Shown: positions 1-7,588 of the stretch, piece by piece
How the letters are laid out: every line of letters begins with the position of its first letter
How positions within the stretch are numbered: the first letter of the stretch is position 1
Assembly (NCBI GenBank): GCA_015068305.1
Contig: SVKV01000010.1
Coordinates: forward strand, 902 to 64,901
Reading direction: 5' to 3'
From: Oscillospiraceae bacterium
Lineage (GTDB): Bacteria > Bacillota > Clostridia > Oscillospirales > Oscillospiraceae
DNA length: 64,000 nucleotides
The notes under the pieces: model-generated
Databases searched by the model: none
Told to the model about the DNA's origin: nothing
What the model saw: the letters and a program-made list of their open reading frames with translations, nothing else
Translations under genes and position numbers: made by a program

Positions 1-65
1 CAAGCTATGTTGCCGAGAAGACCCTGCGGAAGGTCTATAAGAAGGTCGGCTTTGTTGCAAAATAA
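1..65 (+). CDS. 3' end of an unidentified CDS (C-terminus ...SYVAEKTLRKVYKKVGFVAK, stop TAA 63-65)
   Basis: The frame is open from the window edge and is followed directly by a strong hairpin terminator. It is too short to name. Confidence 0.35.
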   Translation, partial: SYVAEKTLRKVYKKVGFVAK

Positions 66-99
66 AAATTCCGGCTGTGGGTTTCCACAGCCGGTTTTC
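66..99. terminator. Bidirectional intrinsic terminator
   Basis: 10-bp stem CCGGCTGTGG/CCACAGCCGG (71-94) with loop GTTT. A-run upstream and T-run downstream. It sits between convergent genes. Confidence 0.8.
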
Positions 100-744
100 T
101 TATCCGATTGATGCGTAATCCGGCAGGCCGTAGCCCCGGATCTGATAGTACCCCCGGGGGATGATCCGGTAAGTAACACAGTCATCCTTGTTGCCTTCAA
201 TCACTTTGATGAAGGGACCCGCGGTTCCCACCACGATGCCCACATGGTCAGCCCAGCCGGTGCAGTCCCCCAGATCCCAGCCCTCATCCCAGGCATAGTA
301 GATATAGTCCCCGGGCAGGGGCATATAGCCGTCATTTTCCTCCCAACGGCCGATATTCTGCCACAGACCGATCTGCCGCTCACAGCCGCATTCTGTGGGA
401 ACGATGTCTGTGACCTTGCACTGGATGGCCACCACACTTGCGAAGGCGGCGCACCAGCTGTCGCTTGTTTTCAGCTCATAGTCCTGGGCCAGGGGCTCGT
501 GGGAATTGTAGATCCGGACAAGCTCCTCGTGACCGGCAAAGCCTTCCCGGACACCCAGCCACCGCTGTGCTTCAGAAACCACGGAAAGCCGCTGCGCTTT
601 CTCCGATTCCGGAATTTCTTCGGCAAATCCGCCGTCGGAAAAATGAAGATATACAAACAATCCGGCACAGATCAGAATGCTGACAGCAATCAGAAATGAT
701 ACCGCGACGGTAAGCAGGACCGATATACGTTTGGTATGTTTCAT
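100..744 (-). CDS. Membrane-anchored CHAP/NlpC-P60-type cell-wall hydrolase
   Basis: N-terminal TM segment (ISVLLTVAVSFLIAVSILICAGLFVYL). Cys...His catalytic pattern (SDSWCAAFASVV ... WADHVGIVVG). SD GGAGG lies 5 nt before the ATG at 744; the upstream ATG at 756 is inside that SD. Confidence 0.75.
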   Translation of the reverse strand: MKHTKRISVLLTVAVSFLIAVSILICAGLFVYLHFSDGGFAEEIPESEKAQRLSVVSEAQRWLGVREGFAGHEELVRIYNSHEPLAQDYELKTSDSWCAAFASVVAIQCKVTDIVPTECGCERQIGLWQNIGRWEENDGYMPLPGDYIYYAWDEGWDLGDCTGWADHVGIVVGTAGPFIKVIEGNKDDCVTYRIIPRGYYQIRGYGLPDYASIG

Positions 745-819
745 GGGAACCTCCATCGCAGAAGATTACCCATAGTATATCAAAATCCGACAGGGTTTGA
801 TAGTGGTAATTCTTTAAGA

Positions 820-1119
820 TTACATGAAAAAGTATAGGGCCAGGGTCAGCAGCGCGGTATTTTTCTCTTCCTCGCAGTCCCCGGCCATCAGAAGAAGCAG
901 CAGCACCACGATCAGATCGCCTGTGTCAAATTCCTTCGGAAGGAGCTGCCGCAGAAAACCGCCCACATTTGCCTGCTGGGGCGGTTTGGGCGGCGGCGGT
1001 GCAGGGGATGGGGGCTCCGGTTTCTTGGGGCTTGGCGCAGAAGGCCGGTGGGACGGCTGATCCTGCACCGGTCTGCGCCGGAAGGTGCCGTCATTTTGGG
1101 GAATATAGCGATTATACAT
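820..1119 (-). CDS. Hypothetical proline-rich protein with hydrophobic C-terminal tail
   Basis: Pro-rich centre (PSPKKPEPPSPAPPPPKPP) and hydrophobic end (LIVVLLLLLMAG...LLTLALYFFM). Only a 3-nt gap to the upstream gene, so probably co-translated in an operon. No family recognised. Confidence 0.6.
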   Translation of the reverse strand: MYNRYIPQNDGTFRRRPVQDQPSHRPSAPSPKKPEPPSPAPPPPKPPQQANVGGFLRQLLPKEFDTGDLIVVLLLLLMAGDCEEEKNTALLTLALYFFM

Positions 1120-1122
1120 GGC

Positions 1123-1470
1123 TCACCTGCCAGTCAGAAAGGATAGTGCACCGCTGCTGAAAGCACCGGATGCAAGATTTGCCAGCTTGGCTGCCCGCAT
1201 GGCCCGCTCCAGCTTTTCAATGCGGCTGCGGGTCAGATATGGCTGCAGCGCCCGCAGCAGCGCCTGCTGATGGGGATCAACTCCCATCTGCCCGGCGATG
1301 CCCATGATCTTCTGCAGCAGCGCCGGATCAAAATCCGGCTGTGATGGTGGCTGAGGCTCCGGGGTCTGGACCTCCTGGGGGCCGGACAGGGACTGGGCCA
1401 TGGTCATGATCTGCTGCATCAGCTGCGGATTGCCGAGGATTGCACCCAGCTTTTCTTCCATCCCCTCCAT
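1123..1470 (-). CDS. Hypothetical protein (Gln/Pro-rich linker, helical C-terminal part)
   Basis: The ATG at 1470 lies 1 nt after the TAG of the upstream gene. Coding-like composition. No family recognised. The track ORF starts at GTG 1479. Confidence 0.6.
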   Translation of the reverse strand: MEGMEEKLGAILGNPQLMQQIMTMAQSLSGPQEVQTPEPQPPSQPDFDPALLQKIMGIAGQMGVDPHQQALLRALQPYLTRSRIEKLERAMRAAKLANLASGAFSSGALSFLTGR

Positions 1471-1471
1471 A

Positions 1472-1705
1472 CTATCCACCGTACTGTTTCAGCAGATTCT
1501 GAATTGCGGGATCTGAAAGCAGGGAAGAAAGGGCCTTCTTTGCCTCGTCCATTTCTCCTGCGGCAGCCAGCTGCTGTGCCCTGGATAAATCCGCACCGCT
1601 CTGCTTTTGCAGCATGGAGATCAGCTGCCTGCCTGCGGGACTTGCGGCAAAGGCCATGGCCTGCTCCATGGAAAAGTTCGGCTGTTGTTTACCGTTATAT
1701 GCCAT
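1472..1705 (-). CDS. Hypothetical small helical protein
   Basis: SD AGGAGG lies 6 nt before the ATG at 1705 (MAYNGKQQ...). First gene of a tightly packed 4-gene minus-strand operon. Confidence 0.6.
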   Translation of the reverse strand: MAYNGKQQPNFSMEQAMAFAASPAGRQLISMLQKQSGADLSRAQQLAAAGEMDEAKKALSSLLSDPAIQNLLKQYGG

Positions 1706-1838
1706 AATACGCCTCCTGATCAAAGAACCTCTTTGATGCAGTATATGCGTGCCCCCGGAAATATGTGAACAGCTTAAAAACTCCTGCTTCGGACAGTAGA
1801 AATCCTGGGAAGCTTGTGATATAATTCACTCATCAACA

Positions 1839-2351
1839 ATGGGGGGTATGGCTTTGAAGATTCTTGTAATGTCGGATTCTCACAGCGGCCTGTCCTTTAT
1901 GCGCAGCTGCATTGACCGGCTGAAACCGGATGCGCTGATCCATTTGGGCGATTACTATGACGACGGCCAGACAATTGCAGAGGAATATCCCCATATTCCC
2001 ATGTACCAGGTTCCCGGTAACTGCGACCGGTACCGCTGTCCGCCCTTTGCCCGGGAAATCCTGATTATGCCGGTGTGCGGAGTTCCTCTTTATATGACCC
2101 ACGGTCATCAGCACCGGGTTAAGCAGACCCTGGGCCTGCTGCTGAAGGATGCCCGGGCCAGCAAAGTCCGGGCGGTGCTCTACGGCCACACCCATGCGGC
2201 TGACTGCCATCGGGAGGAAGACGGTCTTTGGGTTCTCAATCCGGGAAGCTGCGGCTCCTGGGGCGGAAATGTGGGTCTGATCGAAACAGACCGGGGAAGT
2301 ATTCACAGCTGCAGGATTTTGCGGCAGACAGATTTGGAGGATTTAAAATGA
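1839..2351 (+). CDS. YfcE/MJ0936-family metallophosphoesterase
   Basis: Calcineurin-like motifs: MSDSHSG, GDYYDDG, GNCD, THGH, GHTH. Confidence 0.8.
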   Translation: MGGMALKILVMSDSHSGLSFMRSCIDRLKPDALIHLGDYYDDGQTIAEEYPHIPMYQVPGNCDRYRCPPFAREILIMPVCGVPLYMTHGHQHRVKQTLGLLLKDARASKVRAVLYGHTHAADCHREEDGLWVLNPGSCGSWGGNVGLIETDRGSIHSCRILRQTDLEDLK

Positions 2352-3118
2352 TTTTAACTGTTGATGTAGGCAATTCCAATATTGTTCTGGGCGGTATCCG
2401 GGAGGATGAGATTGCATTTGAAGCAAGACTGCGCACCGATGCCACCAAGACCTCCGATGAATACTGCATTGATCTGAAAATGATTCTGGAGGTCTACCAC
2501 ATCAAGGCCAACGAAATTGAGGGCTCCATCATTGCATCCGTTGTGCCTCAGGTCCTTAATTCCATGAAGACAGCCATCGTCAAGCTCACCGGAAAGCAGC
2601 CTCTGGTGGTTGGTCCTGGTCTGAAAACCGGTCTGAATATTGCCATTGAGAACCCCTCCCAGGCAGGTGCCGACCTGGTTGTGGGCTGTGTTGCCGCTCT
2701 GCGGGAGCATAAAGCGCCGATGATCATCGTGGACATGGGAACTGCCACCACCATGATCGTGGTGGATAAGAATAATGCCATGATCGGCGGCTGCATTATG
2801 CCGGGTGTCAAGATCTCCATGGATGCCCTGACGGACCGGACCGCCCTGCTGCCGGGCCTGCAGCTGGATCAGCCCAAGAAGGCCATCGGCCGCAACACCA
2901 TCGACTGTATGCGCAGCGGCCTGATGCTGGGTGCTGCCTGTATGATCGACGGTATGATCGACCGGATGGAAGAAGAGCTTGGTTATGAAACAACGGTCAT
3001 TGCAACCGGCGGCATTGCGAAATTTGTCATGCCCATGTGCCGGCACAACATCATTTATGACAAGGACCTGCTGGTAAAGGGCCTTGCGGCCCTCTACCGG
3101 GACAACAAGCGCAGCTGA
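2348..3118 (+). CDS. coaX: Type III pantothenate kinase
   Basis: N-terminus MILTVDVGNSN, plus DMGTATT and ATGG motifs typical of CoaX. The ATG at 2348 overlaps the upstream stop. The track ORF extension back to 2228 runs in another frame through the upstream gene. Confidence 0.9.
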   Translation: MILTVDVGNSNIVLGGIREDEIAFEARLRTDATKTSDEYCIDLKMILEVYHIKANEIEGSIIASVVPQVLNSMKTAIVKLTGKQPLVVGPGLKTGLNIAIENPSQAGADLVVGCVAALREHKAPMIIVDMGTATTMIVVDKNNAMIGGCIMPGVKISMDALTDRTALLPGLQLDQPKKAIGRNTIDCMRSGLMLGAACMIDGMIDRMEEELGYETTVIATGGIAKFVMPMCRHNIIYDKDLLVKGLAALYRDNKRS

Positions 3119-3295
3119 TTACAGAATCACCAGAAAGAAGAAAACCGTAATGCTTCCCATGCAGGTTGCCAGGGAGAGCAGTCCGTTGGCAACCTTCTCC
3201 AGAAAATAGCCGGGGTCTGCTGCGTTGGGGAAGGGTCTGCGGTAGTAACGGTAGATGCGGTTGATTTCTGCGGTCTTTTGATGTTTGGATTTCAT
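3119..3295 (-). CDS. Hypothetical small tail-anchored membrane protein (58 aa)
   Basis: SD AAGGAGG lies 8 nt before the ATG at 3295. Basic N-terminal part and hydrophobic C-terminus (LLSLATCMGSITVFFFLVIL). Its stop abuts the coaX stop with no spacer. Confidence 0.5.
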   Translation of the reverse strand: MKSKHQKTAEINRIYRYYRRPFPNAADPGYFLEKVANGLLSLATCMGSITVFFFLVIL

Positions 3296-3438
3296 AGACA
3301 ATTCCTCCTTTGTTTTTCTGATAACAGTATAAGGAAGAATGAGTCCTATAAAACGGATAAATAAAAGCTTTTTTAAGGTTCTTGCACAATGGCCAAAGAT
3401 ATGCTATGATAACTGCAATTCCCATCCGGAGGTGGACC

Positions 3439-3828
3439 ATGAGTACGGTTATTCAGAAGTGGAAAGAGATTTGGGGCAAGATTTCTCCCGTTCTCAATAA
3501 AATTGAAGAAGTGATCGGCGTTATCTGCCGTTGTATTTTCAGACTGCGCAAGTTGGCGATGGCGATTCCCGTGGTGTATCTGGCCATTCAGATTGCCAAT
3601 GCCAATATGGAGCGGCTGCCGGAGGCGGTGGGCCTTAACTTGCAGTCCAGCGGTGAATTTGCGCTGATGGTGACCCGGGATTATGCGGTTTACGGTCCTT
3701 TGGGCATCACGGCTTTCTGCCTGATGCTGATGTTCTTCTCCAGAAAGACTATCTTCCCCTGGGTAATCAGCATTTTTACATTGGCGCTGCCTTATCTCAT
3801 TTACCTAACGAATATTTATCCTGCATAA
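3439..3828 (+). CDS. Hypothetical multi-pass membrane protein
   Basis: SD GGAGGTG precedes the ATG at 3439. Three to four hydrophobic segments. No family recognised. Confidence 0.6.
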   Translation: MSTVIQKWKEIWGKISPVLNKIEEVIGVICRCIFRLRKLAMAIPVVYLAIQIANANMERLPEAVGLNLQSSGEFALMVTRDYAVYGPLGITAFCLMLMFFSRKTIFPWVISIFTLALPYLIYLTNIYPA

Positions 3829-3832
3829 ACAG

Positions 3833-3865
3833 AATCCGGTTCCAATGACGGAACCGGATTTTTTG
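3833..3865 (+). terminator. Intrinsic terminator
   Basis: Stem AATCCGGTTCC/GGAACCGGATT with loop AATGAC, followed by TTTTTT. Confidence 0.85.
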
Positions 3866-3919
3866 TTAAAGAATATTTGCAGTCCGTTCAACGATTCTTC
3901 ATCAATTGCGGAGCGCCTG

Positions 3920-3928
3920 TGGTATAAT
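3920..3928 (+). promoter_or_regulatory. Extended -10 promoter-like element (TGgTATAAT)
   Basis: Exact TGnTATAAT at 3920-3928. No good -35 box. No annotated gene downstream on this strand. Confidence 0.4.
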
Positions 3929-3934
3929 AAAAAT

Positions 3935-4072
3935 ACAAAGCAGGACCGTGGAGAAAGCCGATGCCGTGGAGGATTTCGCGGATAACCCGACGGCGGACTT
4001 GTGACAGACGGGGCCTGAGAATAGAAGATTTACACACCTGCAGCGGCATATTTGCCGCTGCATTACTTTTTT
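3935..4072 (+). ncRNA. Candidate small RNA of about 140 nt, family not recognised
   Basis: Bounded by the extended -10 element and a 10-bp hairpin (TGCAGCGGCA/TGCCGCTGCA, 4039-4062) plus TTACTTTTTT. The only ORF here (3961-4158) runs through the terminator and into antisense pgsA. Confidence 0.3.
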
Positions 4073-4106
4073 GTAAGAGAAAGCCCGGAATCTGTGATTC
4101 CGGGCT
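4073..4106 (-). terminator. Intrinsic terminator of pgsA
   Basis: Stem AGCCCGGAAT/ATTCCGGGCT (4082-4106) just after the pgsA stop. T-rich tail (TTCTCTT) on the minus strand. Confidence 0.6.
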
Positions 4107-4112
4107 GAAAAA

Positions 4113-4694
4113 TCAGGACTTCTCAAAATCCTGGAGCTTGGGATTCCTGCCGAAATAGGCAAGAAAATATCCGATGAACGCATACACAAGAAAAGCTGCA
4201 TCCAAAATGGCGATGGCATTGACAAGCCGGATGTTCAGATCCGGGATCAGCACCATCACAATGAAACTCAGAAACAGGACGGTGGTGCACAGCTTTCCGG
4301 GCATCAGTGATCCGGGCAGGACCTTGCCCCTGCGATACATCACAACCAGGGCCAGGGTCTGAAAGGCTTCCTTTGCCACAAATAAGACCAGAACCATACG
4401 CAAAACCGGATACTTAACAGACAGGCATACCGTCAGCGCCAGCTGCGTCAGTTTGTCAGCAATGGGGTCAAGAACCTTGCCCACATTGGAGATCATATTG
4501 AAATGGCGGGCGATCTGACCGTCGATCATGTCCGTCAGACAGGATACTGCCAGAATGGTGCCGGCCAGGAAGTATTCCCGGGTGGTGGTGGCGTTCAGAT
4601 AAATGACGATATAGACAGGAATCAGTACCAGCCGAAACAGACTGAGCATATTCGGGATGGTCAGAACGTCCTTTTTCCAGTCCTTGATAAACAT
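4113..4694 (-). CDS. pgsA: CDP-diacylglycerol--glycerol-3-phosphate 3-phosphatidyltransferase (CDP-alcohol phosphatidyltransferase family)
   Basis: Family motif DGQIARHFNMISNVGKVLDPIADK (D-G-x2-A-R...G-x3-D-x3-D). Multi-pass membrane protein. Confidence 0.85.
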   Translation of the reverse strand: MFIKDWKKDVLTIPNMLSLFRLVLIPVYIVIYLNATTTREYFLAGTILAVSCLTDMIDGQIARHFNMISNVGKVLDPIADKLTQLALTVCLSVKYPVLRMVLVLFVAKEAFQTLALVVMYRRGKVLPGSLMPGKLCTTVLFLSFIVMVLIPDLNIRLVNAIAILDAAFLVYAFIGYFLAYFGRNPKLQDFEKS

Positions 4695-4799
4695 CTAGCT
4701 TTCCTCCGTAATGGAGTGCATTCCTTGCACAAAATCTCTCTGCGTATTATAGGTAAAATTTTCAAATGATTCAAGTAATTTCAGTCGATTTGATGAAAA

Positions 4800-5366
4800 T
4801 TAATAATTTGTCAACAAATTCCGCCCCTCCGCCTGGGACTGACCCTTCCCGCGGTTGGCCGCCAAGGGGAAGTGGAGCGCCAGGTGCTTCCAGGTGACTT
4901 TATCCAGCTCACCGGTCATGGGCAGTCCGCTAAGGGACTGGAAGGAGGAAAGGGCATCGAAGGTATTTTCGTCCAGAATTCCATTTTGACTGGGTCTTCC
5001 GATGCTGTCGTATTCTTCGGAGAGCACCAGAAGCAGTGCCTGGGCAACATGCAGATAGGGACTGGAATCTCCCCGGCGGAGCACTTCGTTGGGATTGAGA
5101 ATGATCTCCACCGGCTGTGCTTCCACGGTGTGGATCAGCGCTGGCTCATAAAGAGCCACAATCCGCTCCCAGGTGTCCTGGTCCGTCACCCCGGTGACAG
5201 GGAGGCCGTGGAGCCGCTGAAATGCGGATACAGCAGATACCGTGGACGGGCCGTAGATACCGTCGGGAATCACACTTTGATATCGGTTATCCCGCTGCGC
5301 CAGTACCCGCAGCATGGTCTGCAGGCTGCGGATAGGCTGCTGAATGAAGGACTCCTCTGGTCTCAT
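4800..5366 (-). CDS. Protein with two peptidoglycan-binding (PG_binding_1-like) repeats
   Basis: Repeats DGIYGPSTVSAVSAFQRLHGLPVTGVTDQDTWERI and NGILDENTFDALSSFQSLSGLPMTGELDKVTWKHL. The start overlaps the upstream stop (ATGA). Confidence 0.7.
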   Translation of the reverse strand: MRPEESFIQQPIRSLQTMLRVLAQRDNRYQSVIPDGIYGPSTVSAVSAFQRLHGLPVTGVTDQDTWERIVALYEPALIHTVEAQPVEIILNPNEVLRRGDSSPYLHVAQALLLVLSEEYDSIGRPSQNGILDENTFDALSSFQSLSGLPMTGELDKVTWKHLALHFPLAANRGKGQSQAEGRNLLTNY

Positions 5367-6589
5367 CGCACTGCCTCCTGTCTGACCGGATCCTGGGACC
5401 CGGTTCGAAGATCGTTACCCGGAAATTGGGTTATGGTGGATGTACGGGCATGGCGGTTCCGGGGCGCGGTCTGACTGATGACGGCCTGGGTATAGGGGAA
5501 ATTGGAGGGATCCCGCAGGGTGGTATTCTCAATCCCTGAGAACTGATCGTAGATTTCATCCCAGGTTTCCGCGTCCACCACACCGGTTTCCGGCAGACCG
5601 AACCGGCGCTGGGCAGCCAGCACGGCGCTTCTTGTGCCGCTGCCGAAAATGCCGTCGATGCTCAGCGGCGGAATTTCCGGAATGTAGGCGGACAGGACTG
5701 AGAGCATATACTGCAGATGCTCCACCTTGATGCCGGTGTCACCCTGGCGGATTGGATTTGCGTGTGCCCAGGAGTTAACGTAGTAGCGCTGCCCCTGGCT
5801 GCGAAGTTCAGCCAGCCTTGTGACAGCGATGTAAATCCGCACAAGCGCATACCAGGTGGCAGGGCCGACAATTCCATCCGGTGCCAGATTGAAAATTTCC
5901 TGGAATTTTCGCACTGCATTTTCGGTTCTGACACCGAATATACCGTCGACTGTGGGAATTTTGGGAATTGCCGGATAGTTTTGGCCGATGCGGTTTAAGG
6001 AAACCTGGACAGTGACGACACCGGGACCGGTGGTGCCCCGGCGCAAGGGGGTACCTGGGTAGGAGGATGTGATGCCCTGGATGGGTGCATTCTGAACGAT
6101 TTCCACATCACCGTAGTAGCTTTCAAGAATCTCCACAGAATTATAGCCCTGTTGGGCAAGATTCTGGCTGCCCCACTGACTCAAGCCCTCGCAGATGGCT
6201 GTGGTGCCGTTGCAGAATTTGGCGGCGAGAGGCTCCACGAATCCCGGCCGGCGCAGATAGTCGTTGAACAGTTCATCCACCAGGCGGGCTACATTCTCAA
6301 AGAAGCTGCGGCCCTTTACAAAATACTGGTCATAGGCGGTGGAGTTGGTAATGTCATAGTCATAGCCCCGGCTGCGGTAAAATTCCGTATAGACCCGGTT
6401 CAGGGCAAAGGAGACAATGGCCAGGATGTTGGCCCGGAGAGCACTTTCATCCCAGGTTGGATAGATTTCACTGGATGCCACATTTTTGACGTAGTCTGAA
6501 AAGCTGACGGTCACATTTTCCGCATCGGAGTTGGGAGAACCCAGATGTACAGTGATCCGTTGGGGTACATAGGGAAGCACGGTTGGCAT
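5363..6589 (-). CDS. SleC-like or SpoIID-like peptidoglycan-binding protein (possible cortex-lytic enzyme)
   Basis: The N-terminal domain (ITVHLG...DYVKNVASSEIYPTWDESALRANILAIVSFALNRVYTEFYRSRGY...LSQWGS) resembles clostridial SleC-type proteins from memory. Two C-terminal PG_binding_1 repeats (DGIFGVRTENAVRKFQ; DGIFGSGTRSAVLAAQ). SD AGGAGG lies 6 nt before the ATG at 6589. Confidence 0.6.
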   Translation of the reverse strand: MPTVLPYVPQRITVHLGSPNSDAENVTVSFSDYVKNVASSEIYPTWDESALRANILAIVSFALNRVYTEFYRSRGYDYDITNSTAYDQYFVKGRSFFENVARLVDELFNDYLRRPGFVEPLAAKFCNGTTAICEGLSQWGSQNLAQQGYNSVEILESYYGDVEIVQNAPIQGITSSYPGTPLRRGTTGPGVVTVQVSLNRIGQNYPAIPKIPTVDGIFGVRTENAVRKFQEIFNLAPDGIVGPATWYALVRIYIAVTRLAELRSQGQRYYVNSWAHANPIRQGDTGIKVEHLQYMLSVLSAYIPEIPPLSIDGIFGSGTRSAVLAAQRRFGLPETGVVDAETWDEIYDQFSGIENTTLRDPSNFPYTQAVISQTAPRNRHARTSTITQFPGNDLRTGSQDPVRQEAVR

Positions 6590-6599
6590 GGGGCACCTC

Positions 6600-6989
6600 C
6601 TAGAGATTCTGAGCAGGGGTGTCAAATACCGCCATCTGGTTCCATTTTCCGGGAAGCTCCGACAGCGGGATCAGCTCCACATTTTGATTGGTGGTGGTGC
6701 CAGCAAAGACCTGCAGATTTTCATATTCCGCCTGCTCGTAGCCTTTCAGTCTTGCGTAGAGATTGACAGCGGTAAAAGGTATTTCCGGAGGATCGGGCTG
6801 CAGACTTTCACTCCGGTCCGGAACCGGAATGGCTACCGGCCGGATCTGGCCGTTTCGGTCCGTGATCCGCAGGGCGATGGCCGTTCCGTCCGTTGCGGTG
6901 ATGCTGATGGCCACATCCGCAAGGGGAATTTGGGCATAACTTGTATAGGCGTGTACGGTTATGTATCCCGTAGATGCCAAATGAATCAC
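6600..6989 (-). CDS. Carboxypeptidase-regulatory-like (beta-sandwich) domain protein
   Basis: GYITVHAYTS...PLADVAISITATDG...RITDRNGQI pattern. Its stop overlaps the SD of the downstream gene. Confidence 0.5.
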   Translation of the reverse strand: MIHLASTGYITVHAYTSYAQIPLADVAISITATDGTAIALRITDRNGQIRPVAIPVPDRSESLQPDPPEIPFTAVNLYARLKGYEQAEYENLQVFAGTTTNQNVELIPLSELPGKWNQMAVFDTPAQNL

Positions 6990-7054
6990 TCCTTTCGCTT
7001 CTGATTATGATATGCCGATGCCACTGCATATGTGCAGCAGCAACGGCTGGAAGG

Positions 7055-7495
7055 TCAGAGGAAGGGCTGCAGATTCCGGACGGAGCCATAGGTGCAGCAT
7101 TGAAAACGGTGGAGCAAAAGAGCTGTTGCGGGACCCGGGGAATCTTCTGCCCGGTTCACTTCTCTTTGAACGCGGATCACCGATTCGGTAATCCGACGGA
7201 TGAGAAGCTCCGCAACGAAGGAATCTGTGCATCGGAAATGCAGCTTCACCCGGAACACTCCGCCGGTCAGCAATTGGGAAAGGGGCGGCAGCCCGTCCGT
7301 ATGGAGCCCAAGGCTGTCAGCCAGGGTGTATGCTTCCCGTTCGCCTGATTCCAGTTCCCGCAGCATCCACGTCAGTGTGGCGCGCAGGGCTGCTGCGGAT
7401 GCGGCATCCATCCCATCCCGGATGCCGGACTGAAGATACCGGGATTCGTTGATCAGAGCGGCCAGTATCTGATATTTGCTGTTCATATCCATCAC
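7055..7495 (-). CDS. Hypothetical protein
   Basis: 146-codon ORF upstream of, and co-oriented with, the cell-wall cluster. No clear SD and no family recognised. Confidence 0.45.
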   Translation of the reverse strand: MMDMNSKYQILAALINESRYLQSGIRDGMDAASAAALRATLTWMLRELESGEREAYTLADSLGLHTDGLPPLSQLLTGGVFRVKLHFRCTDSFVAELLIRRITESVIRVQREVNRAEDSPGPATALLLHRFQCCTYGSVRNLQPFL

Positions 7496-7588
7496 CGATG
7501 AAAGTATTTCCCGGCGGAGGAGAAAAGATACAGTTCAATCCTGCGAAACCTGTGCATAGAATACACAGATGGAAAGGAAGTGGATGCT

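Noticed and set aside
2228-2347. N-terminal extensions offered by the ORF track for coaX (2228), yitT (18589), the CarD-like gene (10951), the HTH gene (14833), spoIIIAC/AF/AH, xseA and the TSCPD gene
   Set aside because: In each case an internal ATG with a well-spaced SD gives the canonical family N-terminus. The extension overlaps the upstream gene or a structured spacer.
3961-4158. 65-aa plus-strand ORF inside the candidate sRNA region
   Set aside because: It reads through a strong terminator hairpin and into antisense pgsA. Its composition is Arg-rich and does not look like coding sequence.
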